Made by a program: the position numbers and the translations under genes
Origin: Lama guanicoe
Taxonomy: Eukaryota
DNA: 64,000 nt
Assembly: GCA_013239625.1 (NCBI GenBank)
Contig: MU054220.1
Span: forward strand, 7,475,367-7,539,366
Direction of reading: 5' to 3'
Shown here: positions 1 through 13,150 of the stretch, piece by piece
Layout of the letters: every line of letters starts with the position of its first letter
Position numbering within the stretch: position 1 is the stretch's first letter
Notes under the pieces: generated by a model
Seen by the model: the letters and a program-made list of their open reading frames with translations, nothing else
Databases searched by the model: none
What the model was told of the DNA's origin: nothing

Positions 1-2052
1 ACAAAGGAGGAGACCTCATAGAAACATATGGATACAGGTAGCCCCGAGGTGAAAATGATTCAAAAGAGTAGGGTCCTGAATGAGATGATATTTTAAGAAA
101 ACCACAGGTCAATATATTCAGATTACATATTTCTTATGTTTTTACAAGGGTGACACATGACAAAAGATTCTTATATATGTTTAAATAAAAGTCTAAGTGA
201 TAAAACATTGTATCATTGTTTATGTAACAACATTTATTCTTTCTTAGTGATTAATAAAATACTGACACATTTGACAAACTATGGGATCTCATCTTTAATG
301 AAATTGATTAACATCCACTATTTTATAAAGTTCTGGTCCATTTCATAGATTTGCTTTTCTTAGGGAAAAAAAATCATAGAATCCTACATAGTCAGATGGG
401 ACATTAGAGATTACGGAGTCCAGTGTTCTCACATTGACGATACAAATCTTAAATGATGATTAAAAAGAATTACTTCACTATTTTCAAGGAGCTAGTTACT
501 GATCTACAAATTCAGTGATTTTTCTTTTCTTGTCTGTTGGATCCATACTGAGTTATTTCTCTCTCTCGATATTAATGGAAGAACTGTACCTCAGCAATCT
601 GGTTTTGTACTAGAAAGAGCTGACTTCTCGAGCAGAAGCTTCTAAAAGTGTACCAAGATGGTAAGAAATTCCTGAAGCCTGTTTTATTCTTTCTGTTCCT
701 CATAGCTTGCCTACCTGCCATGTGCTATGAAGCCTGAGATTCAAATGAGCTCTCTGCAAAATACAGATACCAAAAATATGCCTTGCTTCAGAGGAACCTC
801 AACATCCACCCCCACCACCTAAAGGAGGAAGGCAAAAAATTGCCATGACTAGCAGCCTTTCCACAAAGAATTTTTCACACCTCCTATTAACTCACTTTGA
901 GCTTCTTGAAATAATAGGAACCCCCAATGCACTAAGAAGGTTTGGATTTTCCAGGATTCAAGTTACAGTCAACTTGTTTTTTTAGCTTTATCATTGTCGT
1001 TTCACCGGAATTCAGAATTAGGTTGGCAAGGTGAGAAATACTCAAGAAAATGTTTTGGTTTTTTTTCCCTCTACCCTCTTTTGGCTCCATCTCTAGGATA
1101 AATGCTGACAAACCTGGTGACTGGACAGTAGTCAGCACTTAACAAGTATCTGCTAAAACGAAAAGAAACTGAAATAGAAAAAGGATTATTTTCCTTCGGT
1201 CCAAGACTGAAAGTGAACTTAACAGCCTTTGCAGAGTGAAACGCTGGCACCAAAGTGAGTCCTGCAAAAGGTCTTTGCTGGGAACTTTGCTTTTGGATTT
1301 GATCTGGATTTGCTTTGCATTAGACTTCTTTACAAGGACTGCCCTGTCTCCACCACTGACTCAGCTGGTTTGAGAGGAGAAGAAAGCTCACCGTGTCGAG
1401 GAGCTAAAAACGGCTAACTCCAAGGATTTCTAACATGAAGCTAGATACAGCCAGTATCATAGAGCCAATTCGATAGTTTTTCTCTTTTTGTCTCTCCTTC
1501 TCTTTTCCTTTCTTCATAGGAAGAAATGCTTAAAAAAAAAAAAAAAACCCCGTCAGTTTTCATTTACATTTCTCTCTCGAACGTCCCTAGAGGTCCTGCT
1601 GGGAGTTTTAGAATAAACGTTAAAACTGAAGTCTTTATTGTGATTGTGTAGAGTGAACCTGGCAGCGCTGATTACTGCAGGAAAGAGATGGATTCCCGAG
1701 ATCTAGCAATGATCTAAACTGGAGGCCACGGAGATCACAGTGTCCCTTCCTGAAGCCTATGTCACTCAGTTAAGAGGAGGAAATTGCATTTGGGTCTTGC
1801 ATGCAGTGTAGGAGTTACGCAAGATCAAGTTATTCTTTTATTTTAGGGAAACCACTAACCCAGCACTTGGATTCAGTAGTATAAGTAACAACCTAGAAGC
1901 AAGGGAGTCACTGGGTTTTATTTTTATTCCCTCAGGCCATCATGTAATGACAAAATCTGGAAAGTTAAGTCCTGAATGTACACCTCATTTTTGGATGAGT
2001 AGGTCAGTCTAAGGGATTTTTATTAGGCCATGGCAATACTCGGTTGATTCTT

Positions 2053-2077
2053 TCTCTCTCTCTCTCTCTCTCAATCT

Positions 2078-2108
<31 letters not shown>
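2053..2108. repeat. (TC)n microsatellite followed by T28 run
   Basis: Directly visible: (TC)10, AA, (TC)3, then T from 2081 to 2108. Confidence 0.95.
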
Positions 2109-2114
<6 letters not shown>

Positions 2115-2329
2115 CCCACAAGAACAAAATTTGTGGAATAGAGCAATATTTGACATTCTCTGCTATGTGTCCTGTTTGGTTGTTAAGTAGACATCTTTTC
2201 CTTCCCAGTGTCAATTCCTTCTTCTCCTGGTTATTTCTCCACTGTTACTCAGATGTCCATACCTCCCCGGAGGCGTCCCCATGCTCTGAGCAGATGGCTT
2301 CACCATTGGTTTACTGCAGAGCATGTGGC

Positions 2330-2730
2330 GAGGCCTAAGCTGGTCAGTGAAACAGCTTCTTTTGTGTTATTGATTCAAAGGTAAACAGGTACCCCAGTGG
2401 CAACCAATGAGAGGCAAGATGCTTCTGGGAGATTCTTGAGAAGGAATCTTCCTCACTCTTCACACTCTCCCTCTTTCTATGGACTTAGAGCAGGAGCAGG
2501 TAGCCAGGGATTTATCACAGTCATCTTGTGACCCAAGGGGATGCTTTTCTTAGAATGATGCTGATACCATGGATGGCAGAGAAGAAGGGCTGAATACTGA
2601 AAAACTGAATGCTGGGTCAATGAGTCCAATGAATTGTGACACCTATTCTGCTTCTAGCCTCTGCAAGTGTAAGGGATAATAAATCCTTTTTATTAAGTGG
2701 GTTTGAGTTGAGTTTTTTGTTACAGGCACT
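2330..2730 (+). mobile_element. Old MaLR solo LTR (MLT1J/K-like)
   Basis: MLT1-like motifs: ccaatgagaggcaag...gcttctggga and ggatggcagagaag. The 3' end reads aataaatcc..ttaagtgggtttgagttgagttttttgttaca. Boundaries are approximate. Confidence 0.6.
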
Positions 2731-4779
2731 GCAGTCCTAACTGCTGGATGGTATGTTTGAAATATTTGACATAACTAAATAGAAATGATGCTTATTAATA
2801 GAAGATTCTTCAAAAGATACTATTGACCTTTTTTTGTGAACTTAAGAATCATAATTTTAGCTTCATTGTTTAGTTTGTGTCTTTACAGTCTGTTTATCTG
2901 TTTAGACTGAACACAAAACCCTTTGAACTCAACAAAAATATTAATTGGGAGTGATGATCTACAATAAAAATGAAAATTATACACCTACTATTGCATCAGT
3001 GGACATAGTACATAAATATGAGTAGTAAACTTTAAGGACACACTTTAGAAGCTCCATCAATACAAAGTGTCCCCTTGGCCGCCAAACACCAGCTACTTTC
3101 AGTTGTTGGAGAAAGTTTTACAGTGTTGATACTTCCATGACATTAGGGCTTTGCATCTCTCTCAGCTGTCTGCTGCAATGTTGTGACATAGAGGTCTCTC
3201 AAACTTCTTTTGGCAAGAGGAGGCCTTAGGGTCTGAGTCATCGTCATAGGAACATGGTGCAGACCTGGTATCACACTGTGCGGGTCTTAACGGAAGGACA
3301 CAGGCAGGCACAGAGCGGAGAGAGCTTGCCATGTGTGCTCCAGAGAGTCTCTGTCAATACCCCGAGCCAGTCTGCTTAGGGACATGCTCCAGATTATCTT
3401 TGACAGATGCCAGCTCATCTATTTACCCCAAAATGAAAGCCTGCCAAGACCCACTGTGTCCAGATTGTCTGAAGTTTTATTCCCCTCCTTTCTCTACCTT
3501 CTCTTAACAGCCTTTTCCTTCATTTTGTGAAAACAGTCCAAGGCGTTCTCCCACATCTCTGTACAAACTCTGTGCAGTAACCCAATAATATCTCTGACTA
3601 ATACATCCAAGTTATCTTTTAGTGACTAAATAATTCTGAGTTATTCTTTGACAGGTCCAAGCTGAGACATATTTCCATTTCTTCCCTGACACTGTTTAGA
3701 AACATTGCTATGAGTCCTCTACACTGTTGGACTCCATATTCAAGATTCTGGCTTAAAATAATTGTCCACCTTCTTTTATAAGAGCTGTCACATCTTATAC
3801 AGCTGTATCTCAGTCACTTAGTGATGTTCCCTCCTCCTACTCTACCAAATGCAAGCAAAATTGCACAGTCATCCTGCTCTGAGCAGGTCATATTCAAGTC
3901 TGACTCATACCCCATGCCTCTCACTCCTCTGCCGCAATGACTGCTGTCCTGCTCGCTGGAACTCTTTTAAATGTTCCTTTCCCTCCATGTGTTCTTTATC
4001 TCTATTGCGTGATTGAAACCTGGCTGTCCACCAAACACACCTTCTCCCCTGCAGCCCTCTCAGGTCGGAGCAGGTCTTCTCCCCCTCCCTGAAACCTACA
4101 AAGTATGGTAAGTATCTCTCTCCCTCCCCCTGCCAACGTCTCATGGAAGCTTCCCAATCCTTTCTTTCTCTTCCTTCTTAAAACAACACCAATAACAACA
4201 AAAACACAGTTCCTTTGGATTCCATGCCGTCTTGTGCCACTTCATCTGGAAGCTAGTATCTCCCGAACTCCCAGTCACTCCCACTTACTAGCTGAAGAAT
4301 TTAGCTTTTGCTAACAGAACTCCAGATGACATTCTGGCATTTTCTTCATTGAAGTTAATGCATTTAATATGTTTTATGTATTCCTAATCCATCTACTACC
4401 TTGGGTTCTTAATATCTCAGATTTCTATCTCCTTATGATCTTTCTGCTGTGTTACCTTAACAGCCCGCTCCCTACTCACTCCCACATGGGAGCCGGACAC
4501 AGAACGCTCATCCTTCAAAATCTTAGAGAGAGGCCACCACTTCCTGTTCTTCCAGGTTGCTTTTTCTAGTATCCAAAGTGTCCAAACCCATATTTCTTTG
4601 ACTTTTATGATGCCTTCAAACAATTATCGGCACCTCCATTTTTTTTTTTTGGCTGTTAGCTTTTGTTTTGTTTACATTAATGGCATGGTTCCTTTCTCTC
4701 ATCTTCTCTCCCTCCTTAATCCATTTTGGGTTCTGTGCTTTATTCTGTTGTCATCCTTGGGGAACTCCTAGGCTCCTGT

Positions 4780-5381
4780 ACACTTTACACAAAATCTATT
4801 AGGATGTGCTTTTAATTTTATTTTCAAAATATGTCCAAACTATGACTCCTTCTCACCACCTCGACTGCTACAGATCTTTTCCAAGACTGCATCATCTTAA
4901 AATTGGTTATTTTAATGCCTACCCCCCAAGCAGTAATTACACTTCTACTCTTGTGTTCCTCCCCTCGGCCCAAGCATTCTCAACACAGCCAGCAATGTGC
5001 GTGTGTGTGTGTATTTCGAAAAACCATCCTAATGATTTCTTTCTCGCTTGCAATGAAACCCAGTCTTACCTATGTCTTAAAGCTTTACATGTTCTGACCT
5101 ATGGCTTCCTCTTAGCCATCTCTTACTACCTCCTTCTCCTTGTACTCCAGTCACACTGGTTTTCTCTGCATTCCTCAGTTTTTCTAGATGTACTTGTTCC
5201 TTCGGGCTTTTGCACTTACTGCTCCCTCCACCAAGAATTCTCCTCTTCCAGCTGGCCTCAACATTCACTTGCTTGCTTTTTTCAGACTTTGGCTAAAATA
5301 TTCCTAGCACGATGAAACCTACTTCTAGCACTCTATTAAATTGGCACTTCCATCCCAAAGGCACAATTCTCTTTACCCTGC
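4780..5381 (+). mobile_element. L2 LINE 3' region fragment
   Basis: L2-typical text: ttcaaaatatgtccaaac...ccttctcaccacctc, ctccagtcacactggtt, ggcttttgcacttactg. It resumes after the MLT1 insertion. Confidence 0.65.
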
Positions 5382-5787
5382 TGTACTAATCTGCTTGGGC
5401 TGTCATATCAAAATAGCACAGATTAGGTGACTTAAACAACAGAAATTTATTTTCTCGCAGTTTCAGAGGCCAGAAGATCCAAGATCAAGGCTCTGGCTGA
5501 CTCAGCTTCTGGTGAGGACGCTCTTCCAAGCTCAGATGACCACCGGCTCGGTGGGTCCTCACGTGACTTTTCCTTGGTGCTCACTGAGAGAGAAAGATGG
5601 ACTGTCTGACATCCCTTCTGATTAGGACCGTGATCCAATTAGATCAAACTCCCAGTTATGACCTCTTTTAACCTTACTTACTTCTTTAGAGGCCCCATCT
5701 CCAAATACAGACATACTCTGTGCGGTGGGAGGGATGAAGGCTTTGACATATCAATTTTGGGGGAAGCGGAAACGTTCATCCATTACA
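5382..5787 (-). mobile_element. MLT1A/B-type MaLR solo LTR inserted into L2
   Basis: TG...CA termini (tgtactaatc ... cattaca) and the diagnostic ttaaacaacagaaatttattttctcgcagtttcagaggccagaag. Flanked by a near-perfect 5-bp TSD, cctgc/cctcc. Confidence 0.88.
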
Positions 5788-6005
5788 CCTCCTTTATCTT
5801 TTATCCCCCTCCACAGTACTGATCAGGCATGGCCCCGTTTCATGTTTGTTCTTTCCCTCCATCCCTCTCGTGTCTCTTGGCATTAGAATATCATTTCTGT
5901 AGCCTGAGATTTTTGTTATTGTTGTTTAATGACATCTCTCCTGAACCTAGAGGAATGCTTGGTCTAAAGAGAACACTCAAGTATTTGCTTGATAAATGAA
6001 GAATT
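5788..6005 (+). mobile_element. L2 3' terminus
   Basis: cattagaatatcattt..., aacctagaggaatgcttgg and gtatttgcttgataaatgaagaat resemble the L2 tail. Confidence 0.6.
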
Positions 6006-6834
6006 GCTTCATTTAAATACCCTTAATACTGTTACCAATCTGATATGCTGCCTGTGGGAAAAAAATCACTTCATTGAAGATATTTTGAAAAATAGACTTC
6101 ATTAAAAGAGATCAGAATAAACCAATAGAAGATAGCCTTTGGCTAATTTTCTTCTACTCAGATATTTCCTTCTAAAAGACTCATGGTTATCTCTGTCTTG
6201 TTTATACATCCCTCACTGTTGCTAGGAAAACTTACCAAAGAAAGAAAAAATTCAAGTAGGTTTTATTTAAAATTTGAAACTCAGAATTGCTATAAATTTG
6301 TATGCTTTGAATTCCAAGTCTTTTTCAGCAGATTCTTATACTTTTCAAAAGAAATGTTATTTATTATAAGGAAGGAAAATGCCCAGTACTATTTTATCAG
6401 AGCAACGTAGGCATGATAACTTACGGAAACGAGTATCTTACTTGTCACTAACATACGTTTCATTTATTATAATAAAGATTGTACAAATTGATTTTTCTGT
6501 TCAATGTTTGAACAGGTTTTTAAAAAATTATACTTAAAATAAAACTGCTCTAATCAGTCTTATTGTATTCTACTAAGACTCTTTTATTGTTTCTCTGAAA
6601 TCTGTATTTTCAAAGAAAAATATTTTTAGTCATTTAAGGATCAGAGTTAATGTTGTTTTTATCTATTTTGTAACTCGCATGAATAAAATAAAGTGGTATA
6701 AAATAATTTCTAAGATCAAAATTTAGTTATGTGACTATTCCTTGACAGTTTATGCTCAGAAAAGTGGGACATGGAGATTTGGTGAGGACAGTGTATAGTA
6801 AATATCCAGTTAATTACTATAAAGTGACATTGGA

Positions 6835-6900
6835 TGGTGGGGAACGTAAGAGAACTTTGGAGCCAGACCAGCATTTACATCCAAGCTTTCACATAACATA
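6835..6900 (+). mobile_element. MIR 5' fragment (likely continued at ~9260-9340)
   Basis: aagagaactttggagccagacc matches the MIR head. The MIR core ttttctcatctgtgaaatag...acctacctcacaagg appears after the L1. Confidence 0.5.
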
Positions 6901-6949
6901 GGGTTAGGTGTTGCTTTACATTTAAAGTAGGTTTTATAGATTACATAGA

Positions 6950-9245
6950 GTGAAGTTTTGTTTCTTATAGGTAATAGAATTAGGGATTGTTAGATATTAG
7001 AAATCTCTATTAATTGGTGCATTTATTCCATTGGCATTCAAAGTGATATTGAATTATAACTATGGTTAGATTAATATCCACCATATTTATTATTGTTTGT
7101 TTTCTATTTGTTGCCCTTGTTCTTTGTTCTTAATTTTTCGTCTTCCACCCTTTTTCCGACTTTTGTGATTTTAATTGAGCATTTTATATGATTTCATTTT
7201 CTCTCTTTCTTAGCATATCAATGATACTTTTTTGAAAACTATTTAGCGGTTGCCCTAGAGTTTGTAATGTGTATTTACAACTAGTCCACGTCCACTTTCA
7301 AATAACACTATACTGCCGCCCTAGTAATGTGAGTGACTCATAATGACAGTGCAATCCTAATTCTTCCCTCCTATCTTTGCTGTCATCCATTTTTATATAT
7401 AAGCATATGTAAATATGCATGCATATATAATTAAGTACATTGTTGCTGTCATTCTGAATAAATTATCTGTTAGATCAGCTAAGAATAGGAAACATCAAAG
7501 TTTTTATTTAATCTTCAAATATTTCTTCTTCAATACTCTTCCTTTCTTTAAGTAAATACAAGTTTCTGACCTATATATTTTCCCTCTCTCTAAAAAACTT
7601 CTACTATTTTTTGCATGATACGTCTACTGGCAATAAAGTCACTCAATTTTTGTTTGCATGAAAAAGTCTTTATCTCTTCTGCTCTCTTGAGGGATAATTT
7701 ACGGCATACAGAATTCTAAGTTAGTGGACTTTTTTTTTTCTTTCAATGCTTGATTTCACTCCATTCTCTTCTTGCTTGATTAGCTTCCAAGAAGAAATCA
7801 TAAATAACTCCTATTATTCTGTAAGGTATTTATGTAATGTATTTTTCTCCTCTTTTTTCTCAGAATTTTTTCCTTTGTCTTTGATTTTATGTAATTGAAA
7901 AATGATATGTGTGGGCGTATTTTTTTTGGCGTTTATCCTGCCCGGTGTTCTCTGAGATTCCTGAATATGTGGTTTAGTGTCTTACATTAATTTCAGAAAT
8001 TCTCTGTCATTATTATTTCAAATATTCATTTTGTTCCTTTCTCTTTTTCTATTCTTTCTAGTTTTCCCATTATGCATATGTTCCATCCTCTGTGTTTGCC
8101 TTGCAATCCTTGAATTTTTTTTTTCCATTCTTTGTTCTCTTTGCTTTTCAGTTTGGGAGGTTTCTATTGAGATATTCTAAAGCTTACAGATTTTTTTTCT
8201 CAGCTACTAATAAAACTGATCAAAGGCATTCTTTATTTCTGTTACAGTGTTTTTGACATCTAGCATATTATTTTGATTCTTTCTTAGGATTTTCATCTCT
8301 CTGCTTATACTGCTCATATGTCCTTGCATGCTGTCTATTTTATCTGTTAGAAATCTTAGCACAATAATCATAGTAGTTTTAAACTCCTAGTGTGGTAATT
8401 CCAACACCTTTGCCTTGTCTGGTCAGACATTTGCTCTTCTTCGAACTATGCTTTTTGCTTTTTTGGTATGCCTTGCAATATCTTCTTGATAGCAAGACAT
8501 GCACCAGGTAAAAGGAACTGTTGTAAACAGGACTTTAGTAACACAGCCGTAGGGGAGGGAAAGCTTCCTACAGTCCTGTGATTAAGTCTTAGTCTTCTTA
8601 GTGAATCTGTGTCTCTGAACGATAAAATTCACAGGTGCTCCTCATTTTTTTTTCCTTCTTTCACACGTAGGACAGGATTGCCAGAGTGGGCTGGAACTGG
8701 GTATTTCCCTTCTCCCAGGTTAGTTAGGCCCTGAAAATAGTCCAGAAGATTAGGCTCTGGGTAACTAGTTTCCCCTGAGTAAAGGCCTTGTTAAGACCAC
8801 CAGAATGTTCTGGTGTATTCCAGAATTGTTCTTTTTCACTTCCCCCCCCTGCTGAAAGCATGAGATTTTACTATGAGTACCTGGTGGAGCTCCTGGAAGC
8901 AAAATTCACAATAGTTTGGGGTCCTCCATATGACTGGCTGCCCTTGGAGGTTTTAACTCTCAGAGTTGTCCACACTGAGCCTTCAGCAATTCATCAATTG
9001 TGGTTCAGATTTTCCTACCCTATCACTAGCTCCCACAACACCTTTCTCTTGTGAGCCTCTGCTCAGACAAGCCACTACTCCCTGTATTTGACTGCCTGTC
9101 TCTCCAGTCTTGGGGTTAGTAGGTTTTCCTGTCTTCACCTGTCTTACAAATACAAGAAGAGTTGTTACTTTTTAGCTTTTACTTGTTTTTAAGACAAAGC
9201 AGTGACTTCCAAATTTCTTACATTCAGAACTGGAAACTGAAAGTC
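6950..9245 (-). mobile_element. Old L1 (L1M-type) 5'UTR/ORF1-side fragment
   Basis: Long T-rich antisense L1 text, including ttcaaataacactatactgc, acagaattctaagttag, tttatcctgcccggtgttctctgag and ttttcatctctctgct. It ends in ...ctggaaactgaaagtc, which resembles an L1M 5' terminus. No intact ORF. Confidence 0.75.
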
Positions 9246-10719
9246 TGTTCTTAATTTACTCTAATTTTTCTCATCTGTGAAATAGACCTATTAATTACCT
9301 ACCTCACAAGGTTTTTTTGATTAAAAAACTGTTTGATGTTTATTGATAACAATATATTCCCAATTCTTCTAAAAACTTAGGATAAGGAAATAAAGATTCA
9401 GTGTGAAATGCTTGGATAGTAAAATTGTTTTATAAATGTGAGATATTACATCATATCAGTTTTTAAACCAAACAATAGATGTGGTAGCCATTATATTACA
9501 TTGCATTTTATATTTATATCCTATTATTATAATGTAAATTATTATATTTATATTATAATTTATTATGCCTCTCATTATCATATATTTTCATAAAACTTAC
9601 ATTTGGTCCTATGCCATTTTCAATATAATTTCATTTTTATTATTTATGTAGTACTTGGCCATTTTAAAACGTAAGTAAATTAATGATCCCTAGTTAATTT
9701 CTTAAATGAAAATTTGCAATGTACAATATAAAGAACAAAAAAATCTTCTGAGTGATAGATATGAAAAAAATACACAAGGTATAGGTGATTATTTTTTAAG
9801 ATCTTCAAGATGATGGATGTGAAAGGACCAGCTTCATTTAGAGGGAAAAAAGAATACTTTATAAATATTATAGGTGATGTGCTAGAGAAACCTATAGTTT
9901 TATTTTGTTTGGCCTCCAAATACATATTCAGAGCACAAATTAATGTTCAGGCAAAAATACTTGTTTCTGTTGTTTTTTCATTATTAAACAAGCACAAATA
10001 TTAGAGAAAAGTCTATCACAGCATCACATTAGTTTTCCATTTTTTGAGCCCTTAACTTAGGTCACACTGAAGAAAATGAATTAAGATTGTAAGCTCATTT
10101 GGGTGGATAGGGCCTTGTCCAGCAAAATCCAATCAATGTGCCCTGCCTCACAGGATAGACTTCATTATTCATTACCTACTGCTGAGAGATGGCTGTCTGT
10201 GGCCCTCAGATGGGGGAGGAATCTCAGTTCATTCCCCAGGGGTCACATGTTCCCAGGTGAAACTACTGCCCAAATGGGCATCATTCCATTTTAGTGCAGA
10301 AGAAATTGTGTCAGTGAAGACAGAAATCTATGGGTCAGAGCTTATTTGCCTTGTTAATTGGCCCAAAGAAAATGCATGCTTGGAAAATCATAGGTTGCAG
10401 CTATAATTCTCCCTACTTAAAAAATGTAAGCCAGAAATTAAATTACTTTCAGTAAATCAAACAATTTTTTTAAGAATGCTTTTTCTGAGATAATTTAGTC
10501 ATTGACAAATACACAAGAGAGTATTAGGAAGAAGATACTTTCAAAAATTAAAATTTGTGTGTGAGCATATAATATTATTAATTTTAATGGAAGGATCTTT
10601 CTCTGAAATAATCCTAAAAATTATAATCCTGTTAAATTAAGTTTACAAATGTAAGATACCAGAAAATATCTGGAATGACTCCATGTTGCTAATCTTAGCA
10701 AAGGGATAAGAATGACAGT

Positions 10720-10900
10720 ATAGTTTCCAGTGCTTTTTTACATTGATTATTTCATTTTTATCCTCAGGACATCCTTTGAATTATTTACTTTAATCCTCGA
10801 TTTTTCAGATGAGAGATATTATAGACTTTTCTTAAGATCACACTGTTCATATGTGTTGGAGCTGGGACTCAAACCCACATCTTTGGACTCTTAAGCACTG
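10720..10900 (-). mobile_element. MIR SINE
   Basis: ttttcagatgag...aagatcacac...gagctgggactcaaacccacatct is the reverse complement of the MIR core and head. Confidence 0.7.
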
Positions 10901-13150
10901 GTCTTGTTTCACTAAATTTCAGAAATAAAATTCTTTTTTTTCATGTAAATAAATGTATTTATAGTTTAATTTTAATCCCATGATTTAAACCCAACACTTG
11001 ATCATGCATATTATATGTTATATGAGTCAAATAATGTAAGAAATTTTGTAACATATTTCTGAATGTTACTGCCATTAACTTAAAAAATACAAAGAACTTA
11101 GTCAAACCTGCTTTCCTCTCCTTAGCTCTGTGGCTCTTCTGTTGCCCTGCACCACAACATTGAGACATTATCTGGGTTTTATCCCTTACCCTTGCAATAA
11201 ACTACAATATTCAAGAGTGCCTTGGTGCCACCCAGACATTTGAAAATTAAAGTGAGCTAGGATAGAAAGGTGATCAACAAGGACACAAAGAAACACACAT
11301 TTTTTTTCTTTCATTGAGTGATATTTTACTTTCCCTTGAGAGAATGAATGGCTGTCATACTTTACTATCATTTCCACAACTCACTTCAAGGGAATTTACA
11401 CTGAAGAAGAAAACAGTGTGGAAATTCATGAAGACCCAGGAAGATTATCTTCTGGTAAAAGAAATGCTCATGTGCTTTTCACATTGGGGAGAAATCATAA
11501 AAGGCTGTCAAGAAGGGAAATTGGTGGAGCTACAGATAGCCTTCCCATCTTAATTCTTGCTTTTCTAACTTTACTTGTGTTACCTGTTTGGGACTTTCCT
11601 GTTGTCTTAGGGAGAAAAATATCATTTGATTCCTCCAGTTAACACAAAATTATTAGTGATCTAATTATCTCTCTATGATTCTGAACATTTCTGAAGATAA
11701 CATAAAGCTATATAAAATGTATACAAAGAAAGAAAAGCAAACAAATGAAATAAAATCTATGCAGTTGTATGTGGTGCTGGCTGCGGGGGGGAGGAATCTC
11801 AGTATAAATAGAACAGAATATTCACAGTAATCATTATATTTGAGAATTTGGCAATTGCAACATTAAAAAATAAACGGGTTTTTTTCCATTGTTTAAGTTT
11901 GTTCTCTGCAGGTGTTAATACATTTACAAAAGAAAACTAATAATTCCACTCTAAAAAGCCAAATAGAAAGGGAATAACTTAGTTTTCCTCTTATGCCTAA
12001 GACATCATAGACAGGGTGCCCTGAAAAGAAAAATAAAAAAATTATTTATTTCTATTTGTCCCTCTGTATTTACAACATCTAGAAGTTAAAAAGCAAAAGT
12101 GGGCAGATTGGTTTTTAACTTGAGGTATGCCTACTTGAAATTTGACAAGGGCCACCTACTTTTAAACATTTCTTCTTTCCTAGCACAGAACAAAGGATTT
12201 TTTTAAATGATAATTACTTCCTACATAGAACATAAAGCTGATGTATTTTCTTTCTAAAGTGAATAATGGTATTCAGCTTTTGAGGGGCTTGCCCCCACTA
12301 ACCAAAGGACGTTTTAAAATTACAGAATAATTATACAGATAAGGATGAATGACAGTAGTCATTTAGAAAATGTGTTCAAATAGAATGAAATCAATAGTAC
12401 TGAATTTCCTGTGAACGCAGTTTTAAATGGTGCTCTCTGTCCTTTCTAGGGTTAGGTTATGGATTACAAAAATTGCTCCCAAACCTCCGTTCTGAATAAT
12501 TACACTCTTACTCTGCTTGTCTTTTTCCCCCAGTGCCTTGAAAATTACAACATTCTGATCAATAAGGATATAAAATGAGAGGAACAGAAACAGTGATTTC
12601 TGCCTTTCCCAGGCATTTCACATTTTTGTAAACACAAATGTTTGCCTGCAATTACTTTCCTCTGAGAATTGTGTTTTCCAAAGCCTTTTTAAATGAGAAA
12701 TACCGGCTAAGTTTTCATTTTGTTTTGTTCATTTTTCTTACCACATCCCATTGGACTGCCAGCTATACATGCCAGTATTCAGCCCTCAGATGTCTGTGTG
12801 CTAATTTTATTTGCTTACATCATGCCCAAAAATATAATGGTGAGAAATATGAAGACAAGTTTCGGCTGTAGTTAGAAAATGCCACAAAAACCCATTTTAG
12901 TTTTTCTGATCATTAATTATCATTGCCACTTAAAATCAAGACAAACACTTTCAAATCAGTAAGGATTCAAACTATTGATTCAAATTGGTTGAGCTTAGTT
13001 TTATTTTCTTATTGCTAATGTTCCAGGCTGATCTTAATTGGATTAGGTATTAGAAAGCCAAGGATACATGGAACCATACTCTCCTTTAGATAATGGTAAG
13101 AGTCAGATAGTTTTAGTGATTCCCCAAAATAATGTAAAACCAACTAAGCC

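Noticed and set aside
1235..1254. 20-nt microexon candidate (tttgcag|...|gtgagt)
   Set aside because: Weak polypyrimidine tract, length not a multiple of 3, and no independent support.
4806..5315. Longest ORF (169 aa)
   Set aside because: Lies in an L2 remnant, has a non-ATG start and no recognisable domain.
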